DNA from: Candidatus Eiseniibacteriota bacterium
GTDB taxonomy: Bacteria > Eisenbacteria > RBG-16-71-46
Direction: 5' to 3'
Assembly: GCA_963744995.1 (NCBI GenBank)
Contig: CAVUWA010000010.1
Location: 416,001 to 480,000, forward strand
DNA: 64,000 nucleotides
Shown here: one piece after another, positions 9,794-22,579 of the stretch
Layout: every line of letters begins with the position of its first letter
Numbering within the stretch: the stretch's first letter is position 1
Position numbers and translations under genes: made by a program
Notes under the pieces: generated by a model
What the model was told of the DNA's origin: nothing
The model's database searches: none
What the model saw: the letters and a program-made list of their open reading frames with translations, nothing else

Positions 9794-11890
9794 TCAGCGG
9801 CCGCGTCCCGCGCCGCTGCGCGTCCCCGTGGCCGCCGCCCCGCGCGGAATCGCCTTCGCCGCAGCACGGCGTGCCGTCTTCCTCCCGGGCTTCACGATCC
9901 GCGCCTCGAGCACGTGCCAGGCACGCAGCGTCTCGGCCACCGTCCAGGCCTGCGCGAAGCAGCCGCGCGGCCGGTACGGCGCATCGCCGTCGGCGACCTC
10001 GGGCAGGGTGCCCGCGCCCATCTCCCACATCAGCCGGGCGAACGGCTCCAGCAGCCGCTGGGCCGCCGCGGCATCGTCGTGCACCCGGTGGTGCGCAAGC
10101 GCGTAGTGCGGCAGCAGCCACGTCCACACGGTGCCCTGATGATAGGCGCCGTCGCGCGCCCAGCGATCGCCGGTGAAGAGACCGCGGTAGGACGGATTCG
10201 CGGGCGCGAGGCTGCGCAGGCCGTGCGAGGTGAGCAGGTGACGGCCACACGCCTCGAGCACGCGCCGGCGGTCCGCCGCGGCGAGCGGACTGTCGGGCAG
10301 CGACAGCGCGAAGATCTGGTTCGGCCGGATCGCCGGATCGTGACCCTTCGGCCCGTCCACGACGTCGTAGAGACAGCCGGTCTCGGGATTGAGGAAGCGC
10401 GCGAACGACTCGGCGACGCGGGCGGCCTGCTGCTCGTACCCCGCGGTCTCGCGGCCGAGCGCCTTCGCGAAGCGCGCCATGGTCATCAGCGCGCCGTACC
10501 AGAGCGCGTTGATCTCGACCGGCTTCCCCTGCCGGGGCGTCACCACCCAGTCCTCGACCTTGGCGTCCATCCAGGTCAGCTGGACGCCCGGCTCGCCGGC
10601 GCGCACCAGACCGTCCTGCCGGTCGACGCGGATGCCGTGGCGCGTGCCGCGCTCGTACCATGCGCCGATGTCCTCGAGCACCGGGTAGATCTCCGCGAGG
10701 AAACCGTGGTCGCCGGTGGCATCGTGGTAGGCGCGCACGGCCTGGAAGAACCACAGCGCCGCGTCCACCGTGTTGTACTCCGGGGCCTCGCCCTGATCCG
10801 GGAAGTAGTTGGGCAGCATGCCCTGGTCCACGAACGCGGCGAAGGTGCCCAGAACGGTGCGCGCGAGGTCGTGGCGTCCGGTGACGACCGCGAGACCCGG
10901 CAGCGCGATCATCGTGTCGCGACCCCAGTCGCTGAACCAGGGGTAGCCGGCGATCACGCTGCGTCCGTGCGGATCCACGCGGGTCGCGCGCTCGACGACG
11001 AACTGGTCCGCGGCGAGCACCAGCTGCCGGATCCAGTGCGGCGCGCGCCGGGCCAGCGCGGGCTGGGCCTGCTCCCAGCGGTCGATGAGGTCCTTCTCGC
11101 GCGCCTGGCGACGGCTGAGCGCGCGGGCCAGCGGCAGCGGGCCGGTGGCCGCGTCGTGGCGCGTGCTGGCGACCACGGTGAAGGTCTGCCCCGGCTGGAG
11201 CTTCACCGCGAGCTCGGCGGCCATCAGGTGGTCCTCGAGCGCCGGCAGCCCGCGCTCGGCCTCGAGCGACTTCGCGAATCCCCGGTACCAGGTCGCGGCC
11301 GGCCGCGCCTCGGCGCCGGGCGCGAACAGCCACAGCGCGGCCCGCCCCGCGGGCGTCCCGATCTTGAGCCCGCCCGTCACCGGCTCGATCACCGGCGCCC
11401 CCTCGCCACGCGCGGTCGTGCCGTGCACGTCGCGGCCGTCCACCAGCGCGCGCAGCGACAGTTCGACCGGAAGGGTCGCCGCGGCCAGCGTGTACTGCAC
11501 GTAGGTGGTGTTCTCGCCCTGCTCCATCCAGACGCGCTTCTCGAGCCGCGTGTCGCCGATCGCCCACGTCCACACCGGCACGCTCGCATCGAGACGGAAC
11601 GACTCGAGGTGACGGTGGCCGCGCGGCTCGATGGCGCCGCTCTCCCAGCGGTTCGTATCGAGGTCGAACGCGCGACCGCCGATCGTCACGCGCTCGGCCA
11701 GCTTGGCGAGCAGCAGCGTGCGGCCGACCGGCGGCTCGAGCGCGGCCACCAGCAGCCCGTGGTAGCGGCGCGCGAGCACGCCGCCGAGCGTGCCGCAGGC
11801 GTAGCCGCCGATGCCGTTGGTGACGAGCCATTCGAGGCGTTCGATGCCGGCGGCGCCGCCGAGCAGGTCACGGCCGAAAGTCGAGTTCAC
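9794..11890 (-). CDS. Glycogen debranching enzyme (amylo-alpha-1,6-glucosidase family)
   Basis: EWLVTNGIGGY, IAGYPWFSDWGRDT, LTWMDAK, YHQGTVW, QAW; GAGGAGG RBS before GTG 11890. Confidence 0.9.
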   Translation of the reverse strand: MNSTFGRDLLGGAAGIERLEWLVTNGIGGYACGTLGGVLARRYHGLLVAALEPPVGRTLLLAKLAERVTIGGRAFDLDTNRWESGAIEPRGHRHLESFRLDASVPVWTWAIGDTRLEKRVWMEQGENTTYVQYTLAAATLPVELSLRALVDGRDVHGTTARGEGAPVIEPVTGGLKIGTPAGRAALWLFAPGAEARPAATWYRGFAKSLEAERGLPALEDHLMAAELAVKLQPGQTFTVVASTRHDAATGPLPLARALSRRQAREKDLIDRWEQAQPALARRAPHWIRQLVLAADQFVVERATRVDPHGRSVIAGYPWFSDWGRDTMIALPGLAVVTGRHDLARTVLGTFAAFVDQGMLPNYFPDQGEAPEYNTVDAALWFFQAVRAYHDATGDHGFLAEIYPVLEDIGAWYERGTRHGIRVDRQDGLVRAGEPGVQLTWMDAKVEDWVVTPRQGKPVEINALWYGALMTMARFAKALGRETAGYEQQAARVAESFARFLNPETGCLYDVVDGPKGHDPAIRPNQIFALSLPDSPLAAADRRRVLEACGRHLLTSHGLRSLAPANPSYRGLFTGDRWARDGAYHQGTVWTWLLPHYALAHHRVHDDAAAAQRLLEPFARLMWEMGAGTLPEVADGDAPYRPRGCFAQAWTVAETLRAWHVLEARIVKPGRKTARRAAAKAIPRGAAATGTRSGAGRGR

Positions 11891-12139
11891 GACGGGTTCC
11901 TCCTCGGCGCGGGGCGGGCACCTCGCGCGCGAAACGGGTGATCGCGGGAATCCGCCGCATCGTAGACCCGCCGGGAACCGGCCGCGAGCCTGGACTGCGA
12001 AGTGCGTGCGAATGGCGGCGTTCACGGGCGCTCCCCGCCCCGCGCCGGACGCACCGGGTCCGGGCGCCGGGCGACCCGCTGCGGCCGGCGGGGCCGGCGG
12101 CTCCGCCCGCCGGACGAATCGCGATAGGATCGGCGGGCC

Positions 12140-14044
12140 ATGTCAGACGCTCCTTCCCGGCCCGGCGCCGCGGACCGCATCGCTCCACCCGCCGCGACGG
12201 CCCCGGTCCGGCGCGGACCGCCGCGCCGTTCGCGCACGCTGGCGCGCACCGCACTCGGGATCGCGGTCGCTGCCATGGGCATGGTCAACATCCTCTCGGC
12301 GCTGCTCTCCCACTCGCCCTCGCGCCTGCAGGCGCTGCGGCGCCTCGTGCCGACCGACGTGCTCGACACCAGCCGCACGTTCACGCTGCTCGCGGGCGCG
12401 CTGCTGCTGGTGACCGCGTGGGGCCTCAGGCGCGGCAAGCGGCGCGCGTTCGTCGTCGCGCTGCTGCTGTGTGCGGTATCGGTGCCGGTGAATCTGCTCA
12501 AGGCGTTCGATTTCGAGGAGGCGACCATGGCGTCGGTGCTGATGTTCGCGCTCGGCGTCTCGGCCGACGCGTTCCGCGTGCGCAGCCGCGAGCCATCGTG
12601 GGGACCGGTCGCGCGCGGGGTGCTGTGGGGATTCGTGTTCATCGCGCTGTACGTCGTGGCGGGCACCTGGCTGCTCGAGCTGCAGCTCGGCCACCGCATG
12701 CGCATCGGCGACCTGCTCGCCGACGCCGCATGGCGTGCGTTCGGAATCGGTGCGCCCGTCGCGCTGGTCCCGGCCTCGCTGCCGCACGCCGCGCACCGGA
12801 TCGCCGACTGGTACGCGCGCTCGCTGCCGGTGCTGGGCTTCACCCTGGCGGTCGGCGCGGCGGTCGCCTCCTTGAGGCCCGCCCGCCACCGGCGGCGCCA
12901 CCAGCAGGAGCGTGAGCGTGTGCTCGCCCTGCTGGAGCAGCACGGCGATTCGACGGTCGCGGCGTTCGCCCTCGACGACGAGGTCGACTACTTCTTCAGC
13001 GACAACAGCCGGGCGGTGATCGCCTACCGTTACGAGTCCGACACCCTGCTCGCGATCGGCGATCCCATCGGCCCGCGCGAGGAGTGGCCGGCGCTGCTGA
13101 TCGATTTCGAGCGCTACTGCGAGGCGGGCGACTGGGAGTTCGCGTTTTTCCAGGCCCGTGACGCGCACCTCGACGCGTATCGCGAGCGCGGCTGGCACGC
13201 GCTGCACATCGGCGAAGATCCCGTGATCGACGTCGCGGACTTCACGCTCGAGGGCCCGGCCGTGGGCGACGTGCGGCGCGCGGTCCACCGGGCCGGACGC
13301 GCGGGGCTCGAGGTGCGCCAGTTCGGCGCGGGCGGTGCGGTCCTCGATCCCGACCATGGCGACCGTGCGCTGGTGGAGGAGCTGCGCGCGATCTCCGACG
13401 GCTGGCTCGCGGCGCACGCGGGCGGCGAAAAGGGCTTCTGCATGGGCCGCTTCGACGCGGCCCGGCTCGGGCACGCCTGGCTGGCCGTCGCATGGAACGG
13501 CCGCGCGCAGCGGGTCGAGGGCTTCGTCACCTGGGAGCCGATCTGGGCGCGCAAGGGCTGGGCGCTCGACCTGATGCGGCGGCGGCAGGACTCGGCGCCC
13601 GGCACGATGGAGCTGCTGATCGCACGCTCGGCGGAGGCGGCGCGGGCGCGCGGCGACGGACTGCTCTCGCTGTCGTTGTCGGCGCTCGCGCGCGTGGGCG
13701 AGGCCCAGGCGGGCGACCCCGGCGCCGGCGAGCGCACGCGCGTGCTGCTGCGGCGGCACCTGGCGCGCTTCTACGACTTCGAGGGCCTGTTCCGCTGGAA
13801 GCGCAAGTTCGCGCCGCGCTTCGAGGACCGCTACCTGGTCTATCCCGGCCCGTTCGCGCTGCCACGCGTCGCGCTCGCGCTGGTGCGCGCCCAGAGTCCA
13901 TCCGGCCTGCGCTCGTACCTGAACGCGCTGCTGCCCGCGCGCCGCGCGCCCGCCGCGCGGCCGGGTCCGGACGCGGCAGGCACGGCCACGTCCGCCGCGG
14001 CGCCGGGGACGGCGGCGGATGCCGCGAAGGAAGGGCGCCCGTGA
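12140..14044 (+). CDS. MprF-like aminoacyl-phosphatidylglycerol synthase (DUF2156) with a short membrane domain
   Basis: N-terminal TM helices; GDPIG, DLMRR, YDFEGLFRWKRKFAP. Confidence 0.85.
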   Translation: MSDAPSRPGAADRIAPPAATAPVRRGPPRRSRTLARTALGIAVAAMGMVNILSALLSHSPSRLQALRRLVPTDVLDTSRTFTLLAGALLLVTAWGLRRGKRRAFVVALLLCAVSVPVNLLKAFDFEEATMASVLMFALGVSADAFRVRSREPSWGPVARGVLWGFVFIALYVVAGTWLLELQLGHRMRIGDLLADAAWRAFGIGAPVALVPASLPHAAHRIADWYARSLPVLGFTLAVGAAVASLRPARHRRRHQQERERVLALLEQHGDSTVAAFALDDEVDYFFSDNSRAVIAYRYESDTLLAIGDPIGPREEWPALLIDFERYCEAGDWEFAFFQARDAHLDAYRERGWHALHIGEDPVIDVADFTLEGPAVGDVRRAVHRAGRAGLEVRQFGAGGAVLDPDHGDRALVEELRAISDGWLAAHAGGEKGFCMGRFDAARLGHAWLAVAWNGRAQRVEGFVTWEPIWARKGWALDLMRRRQDSAPGTMELLIARSAEAARARGDGLLSLSLSALARVGEAQAGDPGAGERTRVLLRRHLARFYDFEGLFRWKRKFAPRFEDRYLVYPGPFALPRVALALVRAQSPSGLRSYLNALLPARRAPAARPGPDAAGTATSAAAPGTAADAAKEGRP

Positions 14045-14940
14045 ACCTGCCTCGCGCCCTCGCCGTTTCGCTCGCGCTGCTCCAGCCGTTCGCCGCCGGC
14101 GCGGATTCCGGCGGACGCGTGTTCAAGACCACGATGCCCGCGCCGTCGCTCGGCCAGCCACGCCGCAACGTCCTGGTCTACCTGCCGCCCTCCTACGACC
14201 TGCCCGCCGCCGCGTCGCGCCGCTATCCGGTGGTGTACCTCCTGCACGGCTTTCCGGGCCGCGCCGACGACTGGTTCGGGCGCGGCCACGCGGGGCACGC
14301 CGCGGACTCGCTGATCGCCGCCGGCGCGATCCCCGAAGTGATCCTCGTCGGTCCCGACGGCAACCGCGGGTTCTTCGGCCGCACCTTCTTCGCCAACGCC
14401 TTCGACGGCTCCTATCCGATGGAGCACTTCATGACGCGCGACCTCGTCGCGTGGACGGATTCGAGCTTCCGCACGATCCGCGCCCCCGCCGCGCGTGCGC
14501 TCATCGGCCTCTCGGACGGCGGCACCGCGGCATTCAACCTGGCGCTCGCACATCCGGACCTGTTCGGCGCCGCGGGCGCGCACAGCGCCGACTTCCGCCT
14601 CACCCGCGGCTTCGACATGCGCGGCATCGTCGGGCCGGCCGACGGCGCGCAGCGCTTCCTCGACGCGCTGAGCCCGCTCGTCTATCTGCGTTCGGGCGGG
14701 GCGCGCACCTGGCCGTCGCTCTACTTCGACTGCGGCACGGAGGACGAGTCGTTCGGGAGCAATCGCGAGCTGGACGCGCTGCTCGACTCGCTCGGCGTGG
14801 CGCACGCGTTCCACGCCTTCCCGGGTTCCCACACCTGGGGCTACTGGGGCCGGCACCTGCACCAGTCGCTCGTCGCGGTGACGCGCGGCATGCCGCGCGC
14901 CGCCGGCGGCGGGCGCGGGGACGCCGGCGCGGGCCGCTGA
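14041..14940 (+). CDS. Secreted alpha/beta-hydrolase (esterase family)
   Basis: GTG overlaps the upstream stop; signal peptide; VYLPPSY, YPVVYLLHG, GLSDGG nucleophile elbow, GSHTWGYW. Confidence 0.85.
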   Translation: MNLPRALAVSLALLQPFAAGADSGGRVFKTTMPAPSLGQPRRNVLVYLPPSYDLPAAASRRYPVVYLLHGFPGRADDWFGRGHAGHAADSLIAAGAIPEVILVGPDGNRGFFGRTFFANAFDGSYPMEHFMTRDLVAWTDSSFRTIRAPAARALIGLSDGGTAAFNLALAHPDLFGAAGAHSADFRLTRGFDMRGIVGPADGAQRFLDALSPLVYLRSGGARTWPSLYFDCGTEDESFGSNRELDALLDSLGVAHAFHAFPGSHTWGYWGRHLHQSLVAVTRGMPRAAGGGRGDAGAGR

Positions 14941-14990
14941 GCGCCGCGGCCCGGTCGGGCGCAGCGGCCCGCGGGCGCCGCCGCCGCGCG

Positions 14991-15019
14991 TTGACACCCC
15001 TCCGGCCACCGTTTAGCGT
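14991..15019 (+). promoter_or_regulatory. sigma70-type promoter for the tdk operon
   Basis: TTGACA-17-TAGCGT, 9 nt before ATG 15029. Confidence 0.6.
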
Positions 15020-15028
15020 CGCTCTCCC

Positions 15029-15697
15029 ATGGCCGAACCCGCAATGCCTTCACCGAACAGCGGTTGGATCGAGGTCATCGTCGGCAGCATGTACAGCGGC
15101 AAGACGGAGGAGCTGATCCGCCGCCTGCGCCGCGCGCAGATCGCCCGCCAGCGCGTGGAGATCTTCAAGCCGGCCTTGGACGACCGCTATTCCTCCGACC
15201 ACATCGTGTCGCACTCCGAGCTGCGCATTCCGTCGCGCACCGTACGCACCGCGCGCGAGATCCTCAGATACGCGCACGAGGCGCAGGTGATCGGCATCGA
15301 CGAGGGTCAGTTCCTGGGCCCGGCGCTCGTCGAGGTCTGCGAGAAGCTCGCCAACTCCGGCAAGCGGGTGATCGTCGCCGGACTGGATCAGGACTACGCC
15401 GGGCGGCCGTTCGAACCCATGCCGCAGCTGCTGGCGGTCGCGGAGTTCATCACCAAGACGCTCGCCATCTGCGTCGTGTGCGGCAATCCCGCCAACCGCA
15501 CCTATCGCAAGAAGCGCCGCAGCGGCCGCGTGCTGGTCGGCGGCGCCGACCTGTACGAGGCGCGCTGCCGCCGCTGCCATCAACTGGGACGCCGGGCCGT
15601 CGCGCCCGACGCGACTGGAGGCTCGAATGGTTCGAGGTCTCGCCGCACGCGCACTGCTACTCGCCGCTCTCGCGCTCCTGCCCGCCGGGTGCGGTAG
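15029..15697 (+). CDS. tdk: Thymidine kinase
   Basis: [21 protein letters not shown], CxxC zinc site, YEARCRRC. Confidence 0.95.
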   Translation: MAEPAMPSPNSGWIEVIVGSMYSGKTEELIRRLRRAQIARQRVEIFKPALDDRYSSDHIVSHSELRIPSRTVRTAREILRYAHEAQVIGIDEGQFLGPALVEVCEKLANSGKRVIVAGLDQDYAGRPFEPMPQLLAVAEFITKTLAICVVCGNPANRTYRKKRRSGRVLVGGADLYEARCRRCHQLGRRAVAPDATGGSNGSRSRRTRTATRRSRAPARRVR

Positions 15698-16655
15698 CCG
15701 GGGCGATCACACCGCCGCACGCACGCCCGCGGGCGCGCTCAAGGTGGGGCTGGTCTTCGATGTCGGCGGCCGCGGCGACAAATCCTTCAACGACGCCGCC
15801 TACGCCGGCCTCGAGCGCGCGCAGAAGGAGCTCGGCATCGAGTTCACCACGCTCGAAACCGGCGAGGGCGCCGATCGCGAGGCGGCCCTGCGCCAGCTCG
15901 CCGCCGGCGGCTCGCAGCTCGTGTTCGGCGTCGGCTTCCTGTTCAGCGACGACATTCGCCGGCTCGCCGAGGAGTTCCCCGACGTCAAGTTCGCGTGCGT
16001 CGACTACACGGTGCAGGACGGCGAGGTGCTGCCGCCCAACCTCGTGGCGCTCAAGTTCCGCGAGGAGCAGGGCTCCTACCTGGTCGGCGCGCTGGCGGCC
16101 CTGCTGAGCCGGACCCACACCGTGGGCTTCGTCGGCGGCATGGAGATCCCGCTCATCAAGAAGTTCGAGGCGGGCTACCGGGCCGGGGTCGAGAAGGCCG
16201 CACCCGGCACGAAGGTGCTGGTCAAGTACGCCGGCACCACCGGCACCGCGTTCAAGGATCCGACCAAGGGCAAGGAGCTGGCGCTCTCCGAATACCATCA
16301 GGGCGCCGACATCATCTTCCACGCCGCCGGCTCGACCGGACTCGGCGTGTTCGAAGCGGCGCGCGAGCTGAACCGGCTGGCGATCGGCGTGGATGCCGAC
16401 CAGTGGGACGAGGCGCCCGGCGTCGTCGTCACCTCCATGGTCAAGCGCGTCGACAACGCCGTCTTCGACACGATCAAGCAGGTCCAGGAGGGCCACTGGT
16501 CGGGCGGCGTGCACGTGTTCGGCCTCGCCGAGCACGGCGTGGGCTGGGTGTACGATGCGCGCAACCGTCACATGATCCCCGATCCCGTGAGGGCCACCGT
16601 GGATTCGCTGGAAGCCGAGATCGTTTCCGGCGCGATCGAGGTGCCCACGAGCTGA
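15627..16655 (+). CDS. BMP-family nucleoside-binding lipoprotein
   Basis: Lipobox [33 protein letters not shown]. Confidence 0.92.
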   Translation: MVRGLAARALLLAALALLPAGCGSRGDHTAARTPAGALKVGLVFDVGGRGDKSFNDAAYAGLERAQKELGIEFTTLETGEGADREAALRQLAAGGSQLVFGVGFLFSDDIRRLAEEFPDVKFACVDYTVQDGEVLPPNLVALKFREEQGSYLVGALAALLSRTHTVGFVGGMEIPLIKKFEAGYRAGVEKAAPGTKVLVKYAGTTGTAFKDPTKGKELALSEYHQGADIIFHAAGSTGLGVFEAARELNRLAIGVDADQWDEAPGVVVTSMVKRVDNAVFDTIKQVQEGHWSGGVHVFGLAEHGVGWVYDARNRHMIPDPVRATVDSLEAEIVSGAIEVPTS

Positions 16656-16663
16656 GTCGAATC

Positions 16664-17611
16664 ATGGATGCATGGACCGAACTCGGTGATGGCATCCACA
16701 TCCGGGAGAGCCGCGCCTTCCGGATGAACAGCGCGGTCATGGTGGCCGAAGACCACGCCGTGCTCGTCGACCCCGGCGTTCTGCCATCCGAGCTGGACGA
16801 CATCGACGCGTTCATCTCCCGCGCGGGCGCGGCGCGGGCCACGCTGATCTTCACCCACGACCACTGGGACCACGTCCTCGGCCGGCCGTGGTGGCCCGCG
16901 GCCGAGACGCTCGCCCACGATGGTTTCGCTCCGGCGGTGGCGCGCGACGCGGAACGCATCACCCGGGAGGCCGCGCGCTGCGCCGCGGCGCATGGCGAGA
17001 CCTGGGAGCGCGGCTTCCAGCCGTTCGCGCCCACGCATGCGGTGAGCGGTCTGCACTTCGCGCCGGTCGGCGCGTTCCGCATGGTGTTCCGCGACGCGCC
17101 GGGCCACTGCCCGACCCAGCTCACCGTGCACCTGCCGGACGAGCATCTGCTGTTCGCCGCCGACATGCTGTCGGACATCGAGATTCCGATGCTCGATGGT
17201 CCGGTCGCGATCTACACCCGCACGCTGCAGGGTCTCGCGCCGCTCATCGAAGGCGGTGCGATCGAGACGCTGGTGCCCGGCCACGGCGGCATCGCGCGGG
17301 GCGTCGAGGTGCGCGACCGCCTGAACCGCGATCTGCTCTACCTCGAGACGCTGGAAACGCGGGTGCGCGCCTGCCGCGCGGCCGGCCTCGATCTCGCGGC
17401 GACGCAGGCATCGCTCGCGGAAATGGAGTACACCGGGAAGGATGCGGCGTACTCCATGACGTCCGTCCACTCGGACAACGTTCGTTTCGCCTGGGAAAGC
17501 CCCGCCGCGCCCCCCCGCAGGGGGCCGGCGGCCGGACCTCAGCGGAATCCGAAGCCCCGCGGGCCGCGGGGCCGCCGTTCCGCCAAACGCAGGAGGCCTC
17601 ATGGCTCGTGA
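16664..17611 (+). CDS. MBL-fold metallo-hydrolase
   Basis: THDHWDH, PGH, AADM, VPGHG motifs; ATG at 16664. Confidence 0.85.
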   Translation: MDAWTELGDGIHIRESRAFRMNSAVMVAEDHAVLVDPGVLPSELDDIDAFISRAGAARATLIFTHDHWDHVLGRPWWPAAETLAHDGFAPAVARDAERITREAARCAAAHGETWERGFQPFAPTHAVSGLHFAPVGAFRMVFRDAPGHCPTQLTVHLPDEHLLFAADMLSDIEIPMLDGPVAIYTRTLQGLAPLIEGGAIETLVPGHGGIARGVEVRDRLNRDLLYLETLETRVRACRAAGLDLAATQASLAEMEYTGKDAAYSMTSVHSDNVRFAWESPAAPPRRGPAAGPQRNPKPRGPRGRRSAKRRRPHGS

Positions 17612-18854
17612 GAACCTGAATCCGTTCGCGATCGCCCGCGCCCAGTTCGAGCGCGCCGCCGACCGACTCGGCCTCGACAAGGGGCTTCGGGAGGTGCTCT
17701 CGACACCCAAGCGCGAGCTCACCGTGTCCATCCCCGTGAAGATGGACGACGGCTCCTACCGCGTCTTCCGCGGGCACCGCGTGCAGCACAACATCGCGCG
17801 CGGCCCGGCGAAGGGCGGGATCCGCTTCCATCCGGGCGTGACGCTCGATGAGGTGCGGGCGCTCGCGTCGTGGATGACTTGGAAGTGTGCGTGCCTGAAC
17901 CTGCCGTTCGGTGGCGGCAAGGGCGGCGTCAAGGTGGATCCGCACAAGCTCTCGAAGACCGAGCTCGAACGGCTCACGCGCCGCTACGCGAGCGAGATCC
18001 TGCCGATCATCGGCCCCGATCAGGACATTCCCGCGCCCGACGTCTACACCGATTCGCAGACCATGGCGTGGATCATGGACACCTACAGCATGACCCGCGG
18101 CCGCACCACGCTCGGTGTCGTGACCGGCAAGCCGGTCGGCCTCGGCGGCTCGAAGGGCCGCGCCACCGCCACCGCGCGCGGCGTGCAGTTCACGCTGCGC
18201 GAAGCGTGCCGCGAGCGGAAGATCAAGCTCAAGGGCGCGCGCGTCGCGATCCAGGGCTTCGGCAACGCCGGCGGCCACCTCGCCACGCTGCTCGCCGCGG
18301 AGGGCGTGAATCTGGTCGCCGCGTCCGACTCGAAGGGCGGCACGTACAACGCGAAGGGTCTCGACGCGAAGGCGCTGCACGCGCACAAGGCCTCCGGCGC
18401 GAGCCTCGCCACCTTCCCCGGCGGGAAGAAGATGACCAACCGGCAGGTGCTCGAGGTCGCGTGCGACGTCCTGGTGCCCGCCGCGCTCGAGAACCAGATC
18501 ACCTCCGCCAACGCCGGCCGCATCAAGGCGAAGATCGTGGCCGAGGCCGCGAACGGCCCCACCACGCCCGCCGCGGACGAGATCCTGTTCAGGAAGGGCC
18601 GGACCGTGATCCCCGACATCCTCGCGAACGCCGGCGGCGTCACCGTCAGCTACTTCGAGTGGGTGCAGGACTTCTCGTCGTTCTTCTGGGATGAGCAGCA
18701 GGTGGATCAGATGCTCGAGAGAGCGATGGTCGATGCCTACCGCGACGTGTCGAAGGCGGCGCGGCAGCATAAGGCCAGTCTGCGCGACGGCGCGTACGTG
18801 GTGGCGGTCGGCCGCGTGGCCGAGGCCACCGAGGTGCGCGGGCTGTTCCCGTAG
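17601..18854 (+). CDS. gdhA: Glu/Leu/Phe/Val dehydrogenase (glutamate dehydrogenase)
   Basis: KGGIRFHP, GGGKGG, IPAPD, QGFGNAG, EAANGP, PDILANAGGVTVSYFEW. Confidence 0.9.
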   Translation: MARENLNPFAIARAQFERAADRLGLDKGLREVLSTPKRELTVSIPVKMDDGSYRVFRGHRVQHNIARGPAKGGIRFHPGVTLDEVRALASWMTWKCACLNLPFGGGKGGVKVDPHKLSKTELERLTRRYASEILPIIGPDQDIPAPDVYTDSQTMAWIMDTYSMTRGRTTLGVVTGKPVGLGGSKGRATATARGVQFTLREACRERKIKLKGARVAIQGFGNAGGHLATLLAAEGVNLVAASDSKGGTYNAKGLDAKALHAHKASGASLATFPGGKKMTNRQVLEVACDVLVPAALENQITSANAGRIKAKIVAEAANGPTTPAADEILFRKGRTVIPDILANAGGVTVSYFEWVQDFSSFFWDEQQVDQMLERAMVDAYRDVSKAARQHKASLRDGAYVVAVGRVAEATEVRGLFP

Positions 18855-19045
18855 ACGCGGGGCCGCATGAGCGCCGCATGAGAGCGCCGCCGCCCCGGGA
18901 CCGGGGGCGGCGGCGTTCGTACGCTCGCGCGACACGACGGCCTCGAGCCCGCGCCGGAAGCGACGGCCGCGGCCCGCCGGGTTCCCTTCGCGCCGGGCGC
19001 ACGCGCCTAGACGCAGGCCGGGCCCGGAGATACGCTGCCGCCCCT

Positions 19046-20562
<1,517 letters not shown>

Positions 20563-20566
<4 letters not shown>

Positions 20567-21642
20567 GCGCCGGCGTCCCGGCCCGTGCCGGCCCCGCCGC
20601 GCGCGGCCCCTCGCGCGGCACCCTGCTCGCGATGGCGGCGCCGCTGGTCGCGATCCTGCTCGCGCTCGCCGCGGGCGCGATCTTCATCGTCGCGATCGGC
20701 GAGAATCCGTTCCAGGTCTACGGGCTGATGATCGGCGAGAGCCTCGGCACGGGCTACGGCCTCGGCCAGACCCTGTTCAAGGCCACGCCGCTCGTGTTCA
20801 CGGGGCTCGCGGTGGCGCTGGGGTTCCGCGCCGGGCTTTTCAACATCGGCGCCGAGGGCCAGCTCTACCTCGGCGGCTTCGCAGCCGCACTCGCGGGTGC
20901 GGCGCTGGCCGGCTGGCCGGCGCCGCTGCTGCTGCCCCTCTGCGCGCTCGCGGCCGCGCTCGCGGGCGGCGCGTGGGGCGCGATCCCGGGGATCCTCAAG
21001 GCCCGCTTCGGCGCGCACGAGGTGATCAATACGATCATGCTCAACTTCATCGCGTTCGCGCTGGTGTCGTTCGTCGGCCGGCCGCTGTTCGAGCCCGCCA
21101 CCGTGCGCACGGCGGAGATCGGCGCGGGCGCCGTGCTGCCGCGGCTCTCGGACGCACTGCCGCTCCTGCGCGGCTCGCCCGCCAACGCGTCGCTGCTGGT
21201 CGCCCTCGCCGTCGCGGCGCTCGCCGGCGTGCTGATGTTCCGTACCCGTTTCGGCTACGCGCTGCGCGCGGTCGGACTGAACGCCCCGGCCGCCGCGTTC
21301 GGCGGCATCTCGATCGGCCGCACGCAGGCGCTGGCGATGACGTTGTCCGGCGCCGTCGCCGGGCTCGGCGGGGTGAACTTCGTGCTCGGCTACAAGCACT
21401 TCTTCGAGCTCGGCTTCTCGGGCGGGGCCGGCTTCCTCGGCATCGCGGTCGCCCTGATCGGGCGCAACCATCCGATCGGCGTGGTGCTCGCCGCACTGTT
21501 CTTCGGCGCGCTGTCGTACGGCGGTCTGGTCATCAATCAACGCGTGCCGCGCGAGCTGATCGACGTCCTGCAGGGACTGGTCATCCTGTTCGCGATCAGC
21601 GCACAGGTCGTTCTGGAGCGCGTCGCGCGCCGCATGTCGTAG
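20563..21642 (+). CDS. Nucleoside ABC transporter permease 1
   Basis: GLFNIGAEGQ, HEVINTIMLN, many TM segments; start TTG 20563 or ATG 20632. Confidence 0.9.
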
Positions 21643-21673
21643 CGGCCGCCCGCAGGCAGAAAGGAGCGTCTTC

Positions 21674-22579
21674 GTGGAGCTGCTGCTGTTCGTCGCCGCC
21701 ATGCTGCGGATCAGCGTGCCGTACGCGCTGGCCGCGCTGGGCGCCACGTTCAGCGAACGCGGCGGGGTGATCAACATCGCGCTCGAAGGCATCATGCTCA
21801 ACGGTGCGCTCGCCTACGTGCTCGGCGCCTGGTGGACGTCGAACCCGTGGATCGGCGTGCTCGCGGCCGTGCTCGCGGGGCTCGCCACCGCCGCGCTGCA
21901 CGCGCTGGTGACGGTTGCGTTCCGCGCCGACCAGATCACCAGCGGCCTCGGCATCAACCTGCTCGCGGCCGGGCTCACCAAGTTCGTGCTCACCCAGGTG
22001 TTCCACTCGTCCTCCAACAGCGAGCGCGTCGTCGGGCTGCCGACGTGGCACCTGCCGTTCGTGTCCGGCTGGGCCGGCCTCGGCCCGGTGCTGGAAGCGC
22101 CGCTGGTGCTGCTCGCGATCGTGCTGGTGCCGCTCGGCCACTGGCTGCTGTTCCGTTCGGTGTTCGGCCTGCGTCTGCGCACGATGGGCGAACGCCCGGA
22201 GGCCGGCGCGACCCTCGGGCTGTCGGTCGCCGCCTACCGTGTGGCGGGCGTGCTGATCTCGGGCGTGCTCGCCGGACTCGCCGGGGCGTGGCTCGCGAGC
22301 GAGCAGCACTCGTTCACCGATGCGATGACCGGCGGCCGCGGCTACATCGCCCTCGCGGCGATGATCGTCGGCAAGTGGTCGCCGTTCGGGGCGGCCGCGG
22401 CCTGCCTGCTGTTCGGCGCCGCCGAGGCGCTGCAGATCTCGCTGCAGGGCTCGCGCTTTCCGAACGAACTGTTGCAGATGCTGCCGTATCTGGTCACCAT
22501 GTTCGCCCTCGCGGGCCTGATCGGCCGCGCGACCCCGCCGCGCGCGGTGGGCGTTCCCTACGACCCGGAGGAGCATTGA
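21674..22579 (+). CDS. Nucleoside ABC transporter permease 2
   Basis: SERGGVINIALEG, GRGYIALAAMIVGKW. Confidence 0.92.
   Translation: MELLLFVAAMLRISVPYALAALGATFSERGGVINIALEGIMLNGALAYVLGAWWTSNPWIGVLAAVLAGLATAALHALVTVAFRADQITSGLGINLLAAGLTKFVLTQVFHSSSNSERVVGLPTWHLPFVSGWAGLGPVLEAPLVLLAIVLVPLGHWLLFRSVFGLRLRTMGERPEAGATLGLSVAAYRVAGVLISGVLAGLAGAWLASEQHSFTDAMTGGRGYIALAAMIVGKWSPFGAAAACLLFGAAEALQISLQGSRFPNELLQMLPYLVTMFALAGLIGRATPPRAVGVPYDPEEH

Noticed and set aside
15600..17611. Arg-rich C-terminal tails on tdk and the MBL hydrolase as a shared signal
   Set aside because: No common motif; explained by GC-rich read-through into overlapping downstream genes
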